DNA from: the human T2T-CHM13v2.0 reference genome, Homo sapiens
Assembly: GCF_009914755.1 (NCBI RefSeq)
Contig: NC_060931.1
Length of the DNA: 64,000 nucleotides
Direction: 5' to 3' (one strand)
A program made the translations under genes and the position numbers. Each line of letters begins with the position of its first letter. The first letter of the stretch is position 1. Under the pieces are notes generated by a model. That model did no database searches, was not told where the DNA came from, and saw nothing but the letters and a program-made list of their open reading frames with translations. Below, in pieces: positions 43,393 to 56,570 of this stretch.

Positions 43393-45207
43393 CTATCCTT
43401 TCCAAGTCTGAACTGGGATGTGAGCTAACTTTTGGATTTTAGCAGTTATTTCTTTGATGACCTTTCCTTCGTCATCAAGTTCCAGGCAGCAGTTAGTAAG
43501 GCTGAACTTTCCGCATACTCCCTCTTCCTGGGCTAGGAGGTAGTCTAAGGCCAGTCTATTTTGATAAATGACATTTCTCATTTTTGTGGCTTGCTGGGCA
43601 AGCAGATTCAAGGCCCCTGCAGTTTCATTGGTAATGATTTCTAGTACTGCCTGCAATCTTATAATGCGGTTAAGCATGTAAACTGGGGTGCGGTATCCCC
43701 ACATTCCATCTTCTGCCCAGGTGGCTGGGCCATAATATTGAATTATTCTTTCAGGAGGCCATTCACTGTCCTTCCAATCTCCTATAGTTATGCCTCTTTT
43801 GCTTTTCCTTTTAGTTTCATCATAGATGGGGTATCCTAAGGCTTCTCCCTGTTTTAGGGGCATTAGGAAGAAGGACGGCCTAATTGTCCCCAGTACACAG
43901 GCCCCTGACCATTTAGCTGGCAGTTGTCGATATGCTTGTGGCCCACAGATCCAGTAGAGGCCAGAGGGTGCCTGCCAGGTATTTGGAGCTTCAAGTTGGT
44001 ACCAAGAATGGTTTAAAGATGGGAAACGAGAGAATGGGCTTGGGTGTGGTGATTCAGAATTATTGCTTTTGCCCCTCCATAAAGTCTTTCCTAGTGTCTC
44101 GTTGTAATATTGTTGTCCTAGGCAAGTTAACTCTCCTACTGGGTCTGTAAAGGCCTTTCCCCAGCGAGCAATACAGAATTTTCCAATAATGGAGGTTTTT
44201 AAGAACCAGATGCTCTGACTTGATGGTGCAGGTTCGAGGGAAGAGGCGGTTAGTGTGAAATTATCTTGGGGCATTAGTTCCCTTGCTTCCCATGGCCATT
44301 GGTCTCCCATGTTCATTCCCCCACAGACATAACATGAAGCAACGTGCAGGCTGCTGGCTATGTTTTCAGCCAGTTGGGCGAATAAATTACTGGCCAAGGG
44401 AGGGGGCTCAGGCAATTTCTGGTTAACATGCTCATAGAATGACTCAAAAACTCGGAACTGTTGGGTTGAGCGGGTCCGAGTTTTCTTTATGATATATAGA
44501 TAGACATAGGCTCCTGGGCCAATTTCTTCACCGCTGACTCGTGCCCCTAGCGGTGCTTTTAAACCTGTTGTCCATATGGGCTGATCTGGCTCTAAGATGG
44601 TAAGATTTACAGAATTGCAAGTGCTTGTTTTATAATCTGGTTCTAATGGTATTTTGGTAAGCATAATTGGCCCTAGTGATTGTTGGTTAGTGGACCACGT
44701 TGTGCAGTCCCAGCAAGTTGTTACTGGGGAATCGGTGGAACAAGCAGGGTGTGCATACCTATTTTTATGGCAGCTACTATAGTACTCCATGGAACTGAAG
44801 ATTACGGGAAAGAGTGAGCCCATGGATACTATCTGGCAAACATCAAAGTATAAGGATACGACATCCTTGCCAGAGGGAAATACCTTGGTTTGGTTTAGAA
44901 GATCCCCTTCCTTTGACCCGACATGAATTTCAAACCAGATCCCAGGTGAAGACTTAGGGTCATAACACACATAAGGCTGGCCCCTTCCTGGGTCACAGAC
45001 TGAGTAGGTTGTCTGGTTGTGAGTACAAGTTCCTAGGCAGGTCCCAGCACACTCATAATAAGTGTGATACAACAGGGTTTTAGTCATGATGTTCCCCGAC
45101 CACGTAGTGTGGGTGCAGTGGAGGCATCCCTCCCAGGGTTCTCCTTTTAACATGGATAAGGGGAGTAGCAAGAACAAAGTGATGAGTAGCATGTTCATAC
45201 CCAGCAT
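43393..45207 (-). CDS. ERV3-1: ERV3-1 envelope polyprotein, 604 aa, lacking the membrane anchor
   Basis: Signal peptide, CWDC (CXXC), furin site RKSKR, immunosuppressive domain [28 protein letters not shown]; TAG before the TM helix; sequence recognised as ERV3-1 Env. Confidence 0.97.
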
Positions 45208-45399
45208 GGACAGAAAAGGCTTTTTCCTGGGGGGAGAAGGCTAAGCAAAGTGACAGCTTAATAGCAAAGTAATTAATATGACAAGGAAAATTACTGGACT
45301 TCAGATTTCTAACCACATTTACTTCCCTGATGATGACTCAAGCTTCGGCCGTGCATAGACTAGTCAGCTTCTGGGGTGACTAGAGCAGGGCTGTTGTCT

Positions 45400-48300
45400 C
45401 CTCAAGCTTCAGCCGTGCGTGGACTGGTCAGCTTCCAGAGTGACCAGAGCAGGGCTGTTGTCATCTCACTGGCACCTTGGTTCCATCGTAGGATCAGCTG
45501 GGTTGCATGGTCTAGGTCCTGTTGGCTGGTCCACTTGTCCTGGGCTGCTGGTTTCAGCTGACTGGATGGATGGATCCAAGGCACAATTCCTGCAACTTTA
45601 ACAACAGTGGGAATAGACAAGATTACAGTATGGAGCCCATCCCATATGGGTCCCAGAGTGGTTGGGTTTTATTTTTTGACCCAAAGAGAGTCCCTGGGTT
45701 TAAAGGGGTGTATTGGATCTATCAGGCTTATGGGCATTCTTTCCTGTACCCAGCCATGGACACTTCACATGGCTATCCCTAAAGCCTGCATTTGCCTCCT
45801 TAAAGTTAATTCCCCTAGTTCACGGAGATTACCCTTAATTTGACTTATGATTGGGGATGGCTTGCCGAACAGTATTTCATAGGGCGAATACCCAGTTTGT
45901 TTGGTGGGGGTGCACCTAACTTGAAGGAGGACCATGGGCAGGACTTGATCCCATCTCAGAGGGGTTTCTTGGCAATATTTCTTCAGTAGCTGTTTGAGTG
46001 TCCAGTTCATGCACTCTACTTTTCCTAAGCTCTGCAGCCGGTAGGCTGTGTGTAATTTCCATTTTATTTTTAACACTCGTGTTAGTTCCTGAATTATTTC
46101 AGCTAGAAATGCCAGCCTGTTGTCTGACCCTAGAGTCACAGACAGTCCAAATCTGGGGATAATGTTTCTTAATAGTATTTTAGTCACTTCTCATGAGTTC
46201 TTGCTTCTGGTAGGGAAAGCCTTGGCCCATCCTGAAAAGGTGTAGACAAGTACTAACATGTACCGATAGCTCCCTGCCTGGGGCAACTCTGTAAGTCCAT
46301 AAGCAGGTTTTCACAGGGCATGGTTCCTATTTCCTGAATTCCTGGGGGCCGAGTGGGCCCTTGTCATGGGTTGTTCTGGGCACAGGTTAAATATTGTTCA
46401 CAAACAGCTTGGGTGATGGCAGTGAGTCGCGGCACATAGAAATGGCGTCCTAGTAGCGTTTCTAGTGCTGTTTTTCCCACGAGTTCCATGATGCAATTAC
46501 TTCACAAATTTGGGGGCCACCATTTTGGGAATGGCCGACCTCCCATCAGAAAATTTCCACCATCCTCCTTCAATATATTTTCCAGTTTTTTGGGCAAAAC
46601 AGGCCTTCTCATTCGGAGAGTAACTTGAGACCTCCTGGAGGGGAGGCTCTGGGAGGAGGGGCATAGCTAAGGCTTCCTTTTTAAAATGAGGTGTAACCAT
46701 TGCTGCCCATTTTGCCTCCCTGTCTGCCTTTCTGTTTCCTTTTGCCTCTGACGTCCCTGCCCTCTGGTGTCCCCTGCAGTGCATAGCTGCTACTTTCTCT
46801 GGGATCCATACAGCATCTAAGAGCTGTAGAATTCATTCTTTCCATTTTATTTCTTTGCCTGTGGCAGTTAAGAGTCCTCTTTCTTTATATATAGCTCCAT
46901 GAACATGCAGTGTGGCAAAAGCATATTTGGAATCCGTGTAAACACTGATCTTTTTGTCTTCTGCCAGCTGGAGAACCCTCGTTAGGGCTGCTAGCTCTGC
47001 CTTCTGGGCTGATGTTCCAGCAGGCTGAGGCTACGCCTCCACCACTGAGTCTAAGGTCACCACTGCCTACCCAGCCCAGCAGACCCCTTCCAGCACAAAA
47101 CTGCTTCCATCTATGAAGTATTCTACATCTGGGTCCTTGAAAGGCTGGTCTGTAAGGTCTCCTCGACTGGAGAATACCTCGTCCACTGTTGCCACAGTCA
47201 CAGAAGGTGATTCCCGGTTTGACTGGGAGCAGGGTAGCTGGGTTAAGGGTGTTCACTGTTTCTAAAGTTATGCGTGGATTTTCACATAGGAGCCCTTGGT
47301 ATCAAGTCATCGTTGGGTTTGATAACCAATGCTGCTCTCTCTGATCCATTAAAGTTATAACCGCGTGTGGTACCTGGATGGTCAATTGTTGCCCCAGGGT
47401 CAGTTTGTCAGCTTCTTGTGTCAATAGGGTGGTAGTGGCTAGTGCTTTACAGCAAGGAGGCCACCCTAGCACCACAGAGTCAACTGTTTGGATAAGTACA
47501 CCACTGGGCGATGCCATGATCCTATGATTTGAGTCAGGACCCCTATAGCCATTCCCTTTAATTCATGGACATATAGAAAGAAAGGCTTAGTAGTATCTGG
47601 CAGTCCTAAGGCTGGAGCCTGAGTTAGGGCTTCTTTGATTTGTTTAAACACCTTCTTCTGGTCAGCCTTTCAGAGGAGGGGTTCCTTTTCACCCTCCCTT
47701 GTGGCTTCATATAAGGGCCTGGCTATAAGTGAGAAATTTGGGATCCAGATATGGCAGAACCCTGCTGCCCCTAAGAATTCCCCTATTTGGCGCCAGGTGG
47801 TTGGAGTTGGAAGTGCACAAATGGCTTGCTTTCATCCATGGCCAAGCCAGCGTTCCCCTTGGCTTACTATGAAGCCTAAATATTTAACCTTTTCATGGCA
47901 AATTTGGGCCTTCTTTTTGGATACTCTATACCCTGCTTTCCATAAGAGATGGAGGAGGTCCTGGGTTCCCCAGTAACAGTCCTCTTGGGTTGGGGCTGCC
48001 AAAAGAAGGTTGTCTATGTACTGCAACAAGGCGCAGTTGTCATTTGGTGGGGTGTATGCCTTGAGGTCTGAGGCCAGTGCTTCCCCAAAGATTGTGGGAG
48101 AATTCTTGAACCCTTGTGGGAGACTAGTCCAGGCGAGCTGTCCCCCTGTGCCTGTGACTGAATTGTCCCATTAAAATGCAAAGATGGGCTGACTAACTGG
48201 TGCCAGGTAGAGACAGAAGAAAGCATCCTTTAAGTCCAGGACTGTAAACCAGGTGGCACTTGCTAGAATAAGTCCCATTAAAGTATACAGGTTTGGTACT

Positions 48301-49087
48301 ACTGGATGTATGGTCACCGTGGCTTGGTTTACAGCATGCAAGCCCTGCACCAGTATATACTCATCAGATCCTGGTCCAGGCAATGGTTTTTGTACCAGCA
48401 AAAGTGGAGTGTTCCAGGGTGACTGGCATTGGATTATGATCCCATGGTCACAGAGCCACTTTAAATGCTTATAAATGCCCCAAATATCCTCTTGGGAAAG
48501 TGGGTACTGACAAACCTGAACTGGAGTTGCTCCTGGTTTTAATTCTACTACCAGTGCCTGATTTACAGCCAGCCCAGGTGGCTTGTCTTCAGCCCATACT
48601 CCAGGAATTTTATCAATTGGCCTAAATAATAATTTCTCTTCCTCCTGCGTACAAGGCTGCATTGGTGCCTGTACTTCATGTATAGTCTCCATTCCTCAGC
48701 CTGCGGGATGGTGAGGGTTAACACCATGGCCTTTGGTTGAGTTAGGCTTAAAGTAATATCTCCTTGTGACCCAAAGGTAATCTGTGCATGCAATTTTTGG
48801 AGTAGGTCTCTTCCTAGTAGAGGCACTGGATAATTGGGGAGATACAGGAATTTATGTTGGACCTCTCATCCTCCAAAGACACACCTCCTTGGCTGACAAA
48901 ATGGCCTCTTCTCTGGGACCCCTGTAGCCCCAACAATAGTTGTATGATCTTTGGATGATGGCCCTATGGGCTGGGTCACTACCAAGTGTTCAGCCCCAGT
49001 GTCTACCATAAAGTTCATTAGCTGGCCTCCTACTTCTAATGTGACCATGGGCTCCTGGGGGGCTAAAGAGAAGGAGCCCAGTCTGGC
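45400..49087 (-). pseudogene. ERV3 pro-pol (decayed)
   Basis: Protease VDTGAE; RT QSPWNTPLL, FTVLDLKDAFF and YIDN (YxDD broken); RNase H HCRGHQ..GNRKAD; integrase IIPRFG, GSDN, KLHTAY; many stops and frameshifts. Confidence 0.92.
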
Positions 49088-50779
49088 CTAATCTTCATAT
49101 TCTCCAGTTCCTGCCAGCCTGATCAAGTAGGTATCTGACTCCCTTGGGACACAATAGCCCTTGGCTGGCAGTTTTCCAGTTTTATAGTCTCTGTCATTTT
49201 CTTCATTGCCCTCTGGACATTCACCTTTCCAGTGTCCCCTCTTTTTGCATTGCGCACATTGATTCCTACATAGTCTTGGTTGACTTTCAGGTCTCTGCCT
49301 GGCCTGAACCCCTCCATGTCCATGGCTATGTCCACACCCACTCGCGATGCTAGTTTCCCTTCCTGTGAGGACTGCCACTAGCAGATCGGCCTTTTTCTTA
49401 AGTCTGATCAGCCTCTCTTTGTCTCCTGGTTACGGTTAACATACACCTTGGTGGCCACTTCTAAAAGCTGAGTGGCATTCATGCCCGTGAAACACTCTAG
49501 CTTTTGCAGCTTTCGCCTGATGTCTCCCTGGGCCTGTCCTACAAACGCTGCGTTCACCATGCACTGGTTCTCAGTAGCCTCAGTGTCAAACGGGGTGTAA
49601 AGCTAGAATGCTTTACAGAGACTCTCATAAAACTGACTAGGACTTTAATTAGTCTCCTGCAGCACTTCCAAGATTTTCCCCGTGTTGACTGCCTTTTTCC
49701 CACCTTCCTTTAGCCCTTGCAGGAGTGCCTCCCAGTACCTCTGTAGGTACTGTAATTGGGCTGCATCATTTGGGTCCCAGTGTAGGCTGGCTTCTGGGAA
49801 TTGGCCCTGAGCATATATGCCTGGACATTAAGTGTGCCTTCTGGTGCATTGTGTTCCAGCCAGTGGAGGGCTGCCTGGGTCACCCTTCGGCATTCCTCGG
49901 TGTTAAACAGTGTCAGGAGGAGCTGTTTGCAATCTGGCCACGTTGGATTTTGTGTCTGAAAAATGGACTGCATCAGATCTGTGAGGGCTTGGGGCTTCTC
50001 TGTGTAGGAGGGAGTAGGGAGTATGGTGTTTCCAGTTTAGGAGATCAGTGGTTGAAAAAGGCTGGTAAATAAAAGTCGGTTGCCCCCCCTTGAACCTGCC
50101 CCTGTTCATCATAATAGATAGGTCCCCGTGTTTCACGGAGGGGCATCTGCCACACTCTGGTGTGGCCAGGTCGAAGGCGGCCTGCTTGATCATCCTGACT
50201 TTCCTTCTTGACCTCCTGAGGTGGGGGCTCAGATTTCCCCCTTTGAGGTGTAGCCTGGAGTGTGTCACCATCTGAGTCTGGCTGCTCAGGGGCCGTCCTT
50301 GGTAAAGGGGGATAGATTGGCACATAGGGAGGAGGGGTTTCTATCTCCTCTGCTGGTTCCTGCAAAACTGGTTTTTCTTGTGGCTTTCCTTTTGTCTCTG
50401 TAGCTGACAGTGAAGCTGATTTTTCTTTTACTTTAGGCTTGGCTCGAGCTATGAGCGTTTTGCAATAAGAAGCCAGGCAAGGCTGCAGCCATGCAGGTTG
50501 AGTTTGAACTATATTTAGCCATGAGTCAATATAAGGAAATTGGTCTGGATGCCCTGGCTGTCCTCCGACCCCAGTCACCACCTTAAATACACGGCCAATT
50601 TTTTCCCTATCTATAGTTCCTTCGGCCAGCCATCCAACATTGAAAGAGGGCCATTCTATTTCACAGAGAGTTCTCAACCTCTGGGGGGTCAACTTGATCT
50701 CATAATCCCCTGTATAATCTTACTTAAAGTTCCTTAACATACATTCTAATGGGATGGGTTTTGATGACTTCCCTCCCAT
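49088..50779 (-). pseudogene. ERV3 gag (decayed)
   Basis: ATG at 50779 gives MGGKSSKPIPLEC with TAA at codon 20; PPPY late domain; CA NPTWPDCKQLL; NC knuckle CAQCKKRGHWKGEC; ends TAG at 49090-49088. Confidence 0.9.
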
Positions 50780-51503
50780 TTCCTCCCAGTTATGGCACAA
50801 CCCACTCACTCTTCCTTTCATTTCAGACTGATTAGACCGTGTCCCTTGCAGGAGTATTTCAGACACTTCTTAGATTTAATGGAGGGTTCATATGAGTCCT
50901 GAACCCGGACCACCACAATCTATAAGTTGTGGGGCACCTCCCTAAGCCATATGCCGTAGCCCCAAAGGATGTTTGCCACTAGTCTCGGTCGGTTCCACAC
51001 TTCACTCAGATGGTACAGTCTATGCTAAGAGACCTGTGGCTCCACACACGTCACTCAGCATGTTGGTTCCTTTTGGAACCATCTCTTTCACATTTATTCA
51101 CACACCTCCCCACTTCCAGTTTCCTTTCTTAACCAACTTAGTGAGCCACTCTCACGTCCTGGGTCAGTTGGGGTGTAGGTTTCTTCCAACTTTGCGAGCC
51201 CCTCTCATGTCCTGAGTCGGATTACTAGGTACACCCCAGGAGGTGATCAGGCTCCCCTTCCATCCTTATGGGACGGGTCCTGCCTTGGGCCCAAACCTTA
51301 CTGCAGTCCTGTAGCGTGAAGTCCTGGAATCGTCCTGTAGCCCCTTAGGTTCCAATGCACTGTCAGGGAGGGGCGCCGGGTCATGGGAGAGCCAATCTCC
51401 CCTCCGGGTTGAAGGTCTCCCAATGGTGCCTTGGGTCACGGGTCTCCCCCAGCCCGGGGCTCCAGTCCCACAGCCAAAGGAGACAGTAAACCTGTAGTCT
51501 CCC

Positions 51504-51521
51504 CTCCTGGCTGGCTCGCCA
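51504..51521 (-). other. Primer-binding site, tRNA-Arg
   Basis: TGGCGAGCCAGCCAGGAG, 3 nt after the 5' LTR; complementary to the tRNA-Arg 3' end that gives HERV-R its name. Confidence 0.92.
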
Positions 51522-51524
51522 AAA

Positions 51525-52117
51525 TGTTGTGGGAATCAGGAGGCTGGAGAGACCACTTGGTGGAACAGGAGGATTTTATTTAGGTGACCACCAGCCCAGC
51601 CGATGAACATCCAAAGGCTGAGCCCTGAACAATGACAGGGCTTGACTTTTATACATGCAACCAACAGGGGCGGGTCAGGTTTTTGGCATGAAACCTGTGA
51701 GACAGGAAAGCAGTCTTACAGAAGCAGAACAAAGACAGTTAATCATACCGTGACAGGTTTTACAACAGGATTTGCAACATGACCCTATCTTACTTAAGCA
51801 TGTCTTGTGACCTTGCCGTGCTACAGAAAGAAAAACAGGAACTTATGAAATCTTTGCAAACTTGCAGAAATAGTTACAAAAATAGTTGTGAGAGCAGAAC
51901 AAAGAATAATGGTATGGGGAAAGAATTTCAAGGCGGAAACTGATAAGGAGAACTTGTTTTTCTCATCTCTGCTCCTGGAGCCCATTCTTTTGGGGTCCCT
52001 GCCTGGCCTTGCAGATAATGTTATCATAGCTCCAGCAGGACTTTGGAGTGAGTCAGACTGATCAGGGAAGGACTTGTTTTCCCTTTACTTGTTTTTCCTT
52101 TTATATTTCCTGCCTCA
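51525..52117 (-). repeat. ERV3 5' LTR (promoter)
   Basis: Direct repeat of 42504-43096; TATAAAA at 51653-51647; AATAAA at 51580-51575. Confidence 0.95.
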
Positions 52118-53372
<1,255 letters not shown>

Positions 53373-53929
53373 ATTCGTGGGTGGGGGATAGCATAATGTA
53401 CGTGTAAGGAATGGTTTGTGCTACAGATAGTGGTCCAGGTGGGATTGTCCTCTGATTTATTTCTGTGTCCATGCAGGCAGATGAGATTATGAACAGGTGG
53501 TCCAGAATCCTAGATTGGTGGAGAGAACAGGTTGCTGCTGCAGATTCAGTGTCTGGGAATAGGAATATGTCAGGAGACTTGTAGACACTTTTGTGGGTTT
53601 TTGGCAAGAAACACCAGGATGAAAAATGCTGTGGTGAAATTCCTAAGGTGGTGCCTAGTCCTGGGAGGTGTGAACACATCAATGTCTAGTGGGTATGTTT
53701 GTGAGTGGGTGGAAATCCTGAGGTGGCAGTGGTGGGAAAAGGAGGTCTGCTATAAGAGCTCCTTTCCTCTAAGTTTTCAGTCCTCTCTCACAGTGGGAGT
53801 GGGAGGAGACCTCAAATCCCAGGACAATGGGCAGTGTGACAGCCTGTGTACAGGAGAGCAGAGTCTCTCATTCCCAGACACCCAGAGTTCCATTCCAGGC
53901 CAGGCCTCTGAGATGTCTTTCTTCTGGCA

Positions 53930-54500
53930 CCAAAACTGTAATGTTTGCTGAACACCAAGCAATTCTTCAAAACCAACACATTGTCTAAAATTTGAATTAT
54001 GACCCCACTTAAGAGTCAGCACAGACCCTGATCCAGGGCTCAATCTCACAACACTGTCTTCACTGCAGACACCAGTCACAAACCCTATAGGTCCATCTAT
54101 GCTTTTGAGCTACTGTTTAAAAATTCCGGACTCCCATAAATCTCTCAAGTTCAATAATTTTATAGAGCTGCTCACAGAACTCAGCAAAATACTGTAGTTA
54201 TGCTTACCCATTTATTATACAAAATACAACCCAGAAAACTCAAGTGGAAAAAATGTATAGGACAAAGAAAAGACGTGGGGAAAGATGAAGCACATAGATA
54301 ATCCTGGTAAATAGCGTTAATAAAATTCTCTATCCTTTGTGTTCTCCAGGAACAGTTTATGGAAAGAAACATCCTTTCATTATGACTTAGATGGTGCTCT
54401 CTTGTCTGACTTATCACATAACCAGACACTGACTCTGCACATTTTCTTCTTTTTTGTATTAAAAAATTAGCTAAATTTGTCTTCAGTGGTCAAAATAAAA
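53930..54500 (+). mobile_element. Old LTR fragment (MER21-like)
   Basis: Resembles the recalled consensus: AGCACAGACCC..GGGCTCAATCTCACAACACTG..CAGACACCAGTCACAA. Confidence 0.4.
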
Positions 54501-54504
54501 TGCT

Positions 54505-56570
54505 TTTTTGTTTGTTTTTTGAGATGGAGTCTCACTCTGTCGCCCAGACTAGAGTGTAGTGGCACGATCTTGGGTCACTGAAACCTCTGCCTCCAAGGTT
54601 CAAGCAATTCTCCTGCCTCAACCTCCAGAGTAGGTGGGATAACAGGCACATGCAACCATGCCTGGCTAATTTTTATATTTTTTTTTTAGTAGAGATGGGG
54701 TTTCGTCATGTTGGCCAGGCTGGTCTCGAACTCCCGACCTCAAGTGATCCCCCGGCCTTGGCCTCCCAAAGTGCTGGGATTACAGGCATGAGCCATTGTG
54801 CCCAGCCTAAAATACTTCTTAATCAAACTTTACTTAAGTTTATCTCCTTTCCACAGGCTCCTGAACTTTGAGCTACTCTCAGTCTGAGCCAACATACAGC
54901 CCCATTTTATGTTCCTCCTAAAAACTTGCTGACTTCATGGTAAAACAATTTCTGATCTAAAATCTGATTTTTTTTCATCCTCCATTTGCTATTCCCCTCT
55001 GACCTTCTAATCTTTTTTGCTCCTCCCTAAGAAAGAAAGCCTTTATCTGTTTAAACTTTGCAATCCTTAAAGCTCTTATAGTTGGTACTTCGTTCTGTTG
55101 CAACACTCTTTTAGAATTCAATTTTTTTACATAAACCTAATTTAGCTCATTTTACAAAGTCTAGAAACTGCCTCAAAACAGTAACAATTTCATCTGCAGT
55201 AAGACCCTCCCAGTCCCATTCCATCTTAATGTTAACTGCATCTGTCTGTGGGTCCCCAGCTTTCCAGGGCTCTGTCACTTTTTTCAGTATAAAGGCTTCT
55301 TCCATGGCTAGAGTGAGCAGGCTGGGACATCTGCAGGGAAGGTTTCCTAGAAAGAATGAACTGAGCCTTTAATACCCTCCCTCCCTGGCTGGGTGCAGTG
55401 GCTCACACCTGTAACCCCAACATTTTGGGAGACCAAGGATCACCTGAGGTCAGGAGTTTGAGACCAGACTGGATAACATGGTGAAACCTCGTCTCTACTA
55501 AAAATACAAAAATTAGCTGGGTGTGGTGGCACCTGCCTGTAATCCCAGCTACCTGGGAGGCTGAGGCAAGAGATTTGCTGGAACCAGGAGGCAGAGGCTG
55601 CAGTGATCCAAGATCTCACCACTGCACTCCAGCCTGGGCAACAGAGCAAGGCTCTGTCAAGAAAAAAGAAAAAGAAAGAAAGAACCTCCCCGCTTTTTGC
55701 AGGCTCAATATTAGCATTAGCTTGGGGTCACTGGGCACAAGCTTTAATTTCCATGTCAGAGTTATTCACTTGGTTTTTGAAACTGAAAAATTCAGAAAAA
55801 TTACTCAAACACATTGTTTATATAAGGGAAGGAAATTTTACGGTACTTACATTTCATACCTCAATAAGAAATACAAAAGCATTTATTCCTTTAAGACAAT
55901 ATGTTATTATTTCCATTAAAAATCATGTAGTAAACAATTAGTCATATGGGAGCACTTCTAGGAGATACCAAGTTTCCTCTCATAAAATTTAGCATTAACA
56001 TCACATATCAAGATGATAGAGTACAGAACAGAGGTATTCCCTGTAACAAATGTACCCTGCAAAAAGAGGAACTGATGTTTTCATGAATGTAACTCACCAA
56101 TTATCTACCACATTTTCTTATGGAAATGTATTCATTTTCTACAGCCAAAATGGAAGAGAGATTTTCCCTATTTTTTTCCTTTGTAGCACTCTAAAAACTA
56201 AGCCTTGGAATTCTGTTGGATGTCACCAAGTCATTAAAAAAACACACCTGGCTGGGCGCGGTGGCTCACGCCTGTAATCCCAGCACTTTGGGAGGCGAAG
56301 GCGGGCAGATCGGGCAGGTCACCTGAGGCAGGGAGTTCAAGACCAGCCTGACCAACATGGAAAAACGCTATCTCCACTAAAAATACAAAAAATTAGCTGG
56401 TGCATGGTGGCACATGCCAGTAATCCCAGCTACTTGGGAGGCTGAGGTAGGAGAATCACTTGAACCCAGAGGCAGAGGTTTCAGTGAGCTGATACTGAGC
56501 CATTGCACTCCAGCCTGGGCAACAAGAGCAAAACTCCGTCTCAAAACAAAACAAAACAAAAACAAAAACA
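54505..56570. mobile_element. Three Alus in intron 1 (54505-54807 -, 55387-55680 +, 56249-56570 +)
   Basis: Each has both arms and an A-rich tail. Confidence 0.88.

Larger units (their letters stand above)
42504..52117 (-). mobile_element. ERV3-1: ERV3 (HERV-R) full-length provirus
   Basis: Paired 593-bp LTRs with TG..CA ends; TATA TSD (42500-42503 / 52118-52121); tRNA-Arg PBS; gag-pro-pol-env order; PPT. Confidence 0.97.
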
